DNA from: Chloroflexota bacterium
Lineage (GTDB): Bacteria; Chloroflexota; UBA11872
DNA: 64,000 nt
Assembly (NCBI GenBank): GCA_965198285.1
Contig: OZ240251.1
Location: 3,712,434 to 3,776,433 of the forward strand
Direction of reading: 5' to 3'
Program-made: the position numbers and the translations under genes
Part shown: positions 60,628 to 64,000 of the stretch, in pieces
Layout of the letters: each line of letters starts with the position of its first letter
Numbering within the stretch: position 1 is the first letter of the stretch
Notes under the pieces: model-generated
The model's database searches: none
What the model was told of the DNA's origin: nothing
What the model saw: only the letters and a program-made list of their open reading frames with translations

Positions 60628-61089
60628 CTACATGAACTCGAAAATCGCCTCGATCTCGACCGGCATGCCGCCCGGCAACTGCGCCATCCCCACCGCCGAA
60701 CGCGCGTGGCGGCCATTCTCGCCCCACAACTCCACGAACAGCTCGGAATAGCCGTTGATCACGGCCGGGTGGTCGGTGTAGTCGTCCGTGCAGTTCACCA
60801 TGCCCAGCACCTTGACCACGTGCAGAATTCGGTCCAGATCCCCCAGCGCCTCTTGCAGCGAGCCCAGATGTGCCACGGCAATCGAGCGGGCGAACTCGGT
60901 CGCCTGCGCCGTGTCGAAGTCGCGCCCCACCTTGCCCACCGGCGTCGCGCCGTCCGCGTCCACCGGCCCGGCCCCAGAAAGGTAAACCAGGTTGCCGCTG
61001 ACGTTCCACGGCTTGAGCGGCGCCGTCGGCGGGATCGTCGGCGCCGAGAGTTCGATTCCGAGGTCCGCCAGCTTGCCTTCGATCTTCAT
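60628..61089 (-). CDS. RidA/YjgF-family protein
   Basis: GNLVYLSG, GKVG, VINGYSELF, GRHARSAVG, PVEIE. Confidence 0.9.
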   Translation of the reverse strand: MKIEGKLADLGIELSAPTIPPTAPLKPWNVSGNLVYLSGAGPVDADGATPVGKVGRDFDTAQATEFARSIAVAHLGSLQEALGDLDRILHVVKVLGMVNCTDDYTDHPAVINGYSELFVELWGENGRHARSAVGMAQLPGGMPVEIEAIFEFM

Positions 61090-61111
61090 GCGTCGGGTTT
61101 CCCTTCCACGC

Positions 61112-62437
61112 TCAGTCGCCGAATAGACCTTCGGCGGCCACGACTCCAATTGCCGCGTCAAACGCCGCCACCGTCTGCTCGATGTCGTCGTCCGTGTGCG
61201 CCGCGCTCGTGAAGCCGCCGCCCGACATGATGTGGACGCCCTGGTTGATCAGGGCCTGGCCCAGGGCCTCGCCGGCGGCCCCGCCCAGGCCGCTCTTCGA
61301 CGGCTTGCCGCTGAGGCTGATGTGGAAGTACGACGTCTCGCCGTACACCAGCGCCCCCACGTCGTGACGGTCGAACGTGGCCTGCAGGTCCTGCCGAAGT
61401 TGCTCGCAGAGCGCGTCGATGTGCTCGTGCACGGCGCCGTCGGCCACGTATTCCAGAACCGCCGTCCCTGCCGCCGCCGACACCGGGTTGGCGTTGTACG
61501 TGCCGGGATGGGCGATCCGCTCGCCGCGATCCCAGGCCGGGTCGCCCCGCTTCTCCAGCCGATCCATGATCTCGGCGCGCCCGCCCACGGCCGCGCCCGG
61601 CAGGCCGCCCGCCACGATCTTGGCCATCGTGGTCAGATCCGGCGTCACCCCCGCCATCACCTGGAATCCACCCGGCGACATGCGGAATCCGGTCACCACC
61701 TCGTCCAGGATCAGTACCGCGTCATGCTCGGTCGTCAGACCTCGAAGACCTTCAATGAATGTCGGGCCGATCGGTAGCGCCCCCCAGCTGGCCCCGCTCG
61801 GCTCCACGATCACCGCCGCCACGTCGCCCTTGGTCAACTCGTCCCGCACCAGGTCCAAGTCGGTGGGCAGCGCCGTGATGGTGCTCTGTGCGGCCACCGG
61901 AACGCCGGCGGAGGTCGGAATCTCGAACGGCGCTTCAACCCCAACCGTCGCGTAGTCGTGCCATCCGTGGAAATGGCCCTCGAACTTGACGATCCGGTCG
62001 CGGCCCGTGTGGGCGCGCGCCAGCCGCATGGCCATGTGCGTGGCCTCGGTCCCGGAGGAATGGAAGCGCACCCGCTCGATACTGGGCTTCAGGCGCTTGA
62101 TCTCCTCGGCCCAGCGGACCTCGAGTTCGTGGCCAGCCCCGTAGTGCGTGCCCAACTCCAGCTGTGTCCGCGCCGCGTCAACCGCCACCGGATGCCCATG
62201 CCCCAGAATCAGCGCCCCGTGGCCCATCGTGTAGTCGATGTACTCGTTGCCGTCCACGTCCCACTTGCGCGGACCCTGCGCGCGGGCGGCCAGGATCGGA
62301 AAGGGCGCCTGGATCCGTGTGTCGTGAGCCACGCCGCCGGCCAGCGCTTCGCACGCCCGCGCGCGCAGGGCCGCCGAACCGGCGTGCTGTGACGTGAACG
62401 ACTGCTCAATCGCGCCATTGGCGGAGTCGGCGCTCAT
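61112..62437 (-). CDS. Class III aminotransferase, glutamate-1-semialdehyde aminomutase-like
   Basis: WDVDGNEYID, SSGTEAT, KFEGHFHG, LDEVVTGFR, AKIVAGGLP, HPGTYNANP; SD GGAGG. Confidence 0.88.
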   Translation of the reverse strand: MSADSANGAIEQSFTSQHAGSAALRARACEALAGGVAHDTRIQAPFPILAARAQGPRKWDVDGNEYIDYTMGHGALILGHGHPVAVDAARTQLELGTHYGAGHELEVRWAEEIKRLKPSIERVRFHSSGTEATHMAMRLARAHTGRDRIVKFEGHFHGWHDYATVGVEAPFEIPTSAGVPVAAQSTITALPTDLDLVRDELTKGDVAAVIVEPSGASWGALPIGPTFIEGLRGLTTEHDAVLILDEVVTGFRMSPGGFQVMAGVTPDLTTMAKIVAGGLPGAAVGGRAEIMDRLEKRGDPAWDRGERIAHPGTYNANPVSAAAGTAVLEYVADGAVHEHIDALCEQLRQDLQATFDRHDVGALVYGETSYFHISLSGKPSKSGLGGAAGEALGQALINQGVHIMSGGGFTSAAHTDDDIEQTVAAFDAAIGVVAAEGLFGD

Positions 62438-62665
62438 TGCGCACCTCCAGTGGGATAGGACAGAACCCGCTCCGGCGCGGGCGTTCAGGCTGGCCAACAG
62501 GATTGAGTGTGCCAGTCCGCCGTGTCAACGCGCCTGACCCGCGGGCAGCTGGGCACCAGCCAGATGTCGAGGGAATACGAGTTGAAATCGAGCCGAGCAG
62601 CCGGCTGGCCGCGCAAGTTTGGATTCGAACCCTACGGCCGCTCCTTCGGCTGATACAGTTTTTGC

Positions 62666-62887
62666 ATGAGCGCTGAACTAGTCGGAATCACTAGTGTCGG
62701 CGCGGCATTGGGCGGCTTGACGCTGGCGTTATGGCGCGATGTGCGCGCCGACGTACATGCACTAGGTGCTCGCGTAGATGGGCAGGCCACGCGCGTGGAT
62801 GCGCTGGAGGTCCGCATGGATGGCTTGAGCGATCGCGTCGCCCGCCTGGAAGGCGTGATCGTCGGCCGTCGCCAACGCGGCGACTGA
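62666..62887 (+). CDS. Small membrane-anchored coiled-coil protein (short paralog of 49007..49510)
   Basis: MSAELVGITSVGAALGGL TM helix, heptads, RVARLEGVIVG; extended -10 six nt upstream. Confidence 0.72.
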   Translation: MSAELVGITSVGAALGGLTLALWRDVRADVHALGARVDGQATRVDALEVRMDGLSDRVARLEGVIVGRRQRGD

Positions 62888-63016
62888 CCACCGGCAGTCC
62901 GAAGACAGTCACCTCGGGCGGCTATCGGATGCTGTCTCCGCCACCTGACGGCTGGACCTTGGCGAACCTGGGAGCAGTCATCCGGCGCCCGCACGCACGC
63001 CTCGTAAGCTGTCCCC

Positions 63017-64000
63017 GTGCTCTTCATCTTCCTGGGCGGGCGCGACCCCCGCTTGCGAAACGCCGTTGACGCGGTGCTGGGCCATCCGGCCCCGGACGAC
63101 CTGGCCTACGCTCATCTGGACGGCGCGCGGGCGGGGCCGGACGAACTGAACGCCGCTTGCGGCGCCGTCTCGATGTTCGGGGATCGGCGCCGGGTCTTCC
63201 TGGATGGGGCGCCGCCCAGCGGGCCTCCGGCACGGCGGCTCATCAAGTGGCTGGCGGACTTTGGCGACGCCCAACGCGGCAATCCCAACGCCGATTCCTG
63301 CGATCTTGCGGTTTCGGTGTACTTGGACCTCAGCGACCGCCGCACCGCGGCGCGCGTGAAGGCCTTCAACGGGTTAACCCAGAACGGCGCGCGCGTTCAG
63401 CAGTTCGGGCCGCTGCACGACGCCGAGGCCGTGAGGTTCGTGCGCTCGTTGGCGCGCCGCGAAGGCGTGGGCATGTCCGAGCACGCCGCCGCCCGGCTGG
63501 TGGAACTGATCACGGCCGACGCCGGCCTGCTCACCAGCGAGGTCGAGAAACTGGCGACCTACGTGGGGTTCAACGGTGAGATCACCGAGCGCGACGTTAA
63601 CGCCGCCTGCGCCACCATCGGCGAGCACGCGCGCTGGGACTACGTCAACGCCCTCACCGACCGCCGCGGCGCCGCGGCCCTGGCGGTGCTGCACGACATG
63701 CTGGCGTTGCGCACGCCGCACGAAATGATCCTGGCCGACATCACCCGTTCGCTGCGCCAACTGGCGGCGGCGCGTCAGGTCGTGGTCGAAGGCGGCAGCT
63801 ACCAGCAGGTCGCGCGGGCCGCCGGCGCGCCGCCCAGCCGCGGTCGTTTCCTTGCGCAGCAGGCGCGGCGCATGCCCGACCGCCTGATCGCCCGCATGTA
63901 TGCCGAAGTCGTCCGCACCGACGCGGCGCTCAAGTCTACCGGCGGCGACAAAGACGCGCTGCTGGAAATCCTGACGGCGCGGCTGGCCACCCGGCCTGCC
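63017..64000 (+). CDS. holA: DNA polymerase III delta subunit (3' end off the window)
   Basis: Manual translation: MLFIFLG...AVSMFGDRRRVFL...DAGLLTSEVEKLATY...WDYVNAL...TDAALKSTG...LLEIL; open to the window end. Confidence 0.85.
   Translation, partial: MLFIFLGGRDPRLRNAVDAVLGHPAPDDLAYAHLDGARAGPDELNAACGAVSMFGDRRRVFLDGAPPSGPPARRLIKWLADFGDAQRGNPNADSCDLAVSVYLDLSDRRTAARVKAFNGLTQNGARVQQFGPLHDAEAVRFVRSLARREGVGMSEHAAARLVELITADAGLLTSEVEKLATYVGFNGEITERDVNAACATIGEHARWDYVNALTDRRGAAALAVLHDMLALRTPHEMILADITRSLRQLAAARQVVVEGGSYQQVARAAGAPPSRGRFLAQQARRMPDRLIARMYAEVVRTDAALKSTGGDKDALLEILTARLATRPA

Noticed and set aside
61112-62437. Calling this gene hemL
   Set aside because: It lacks the GGVNSPVR motif and has no hem context, so it is left as a class III aminotransferase

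Overview
This is a GC-rich bacterial chromosomal window made mostly of housekeeping genes. Chloroflexota (Dehalococcoidia/SAR202-like, possibly host- or sponge-associated) is inferred from gene content and protein style, not proven. It contains lysC (truncated at the left edge), two glycosyltransferases (one frameshifted), argCJBDH, uppP, a K+-independent H+-pyrophosphatase, hisC, gyrB-plsX, GDP-mannose/GDP-rhamnose and polyprenol-P-mannose genes, xerD-punA and larA. It also has a divergent groES-groEL pair directly followed by an aminotransferase and two Ldh_2 dehydrogenases, hsp20 with a HAIR-like operator, yqeC, a T-box-controlled ilvBNC-leuACDB-cimA operon, and holA (truncated at the right edge). 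I saw no rRNA, tRNA, CRISPR array, transposase or prophage. The most unusual items are: a stand-alone protein fusing a Swt1-like HEPN domain (degenerate active site) to plant-type LRRs; a non-canonical chaperonin apparently co-transcribed with 2-oxo/2-hydroxy-acid enzymes; a candidate ~125-nt rod-shaped ncRNA upstream of gyrB; a family of membrane-anchored coiled-coil proteins whose length varies by 21-bp repeats; and a palindromic REP inserted in frame in a membrane protein. All functional calls come from motif recognition by eye, and no searches were run.
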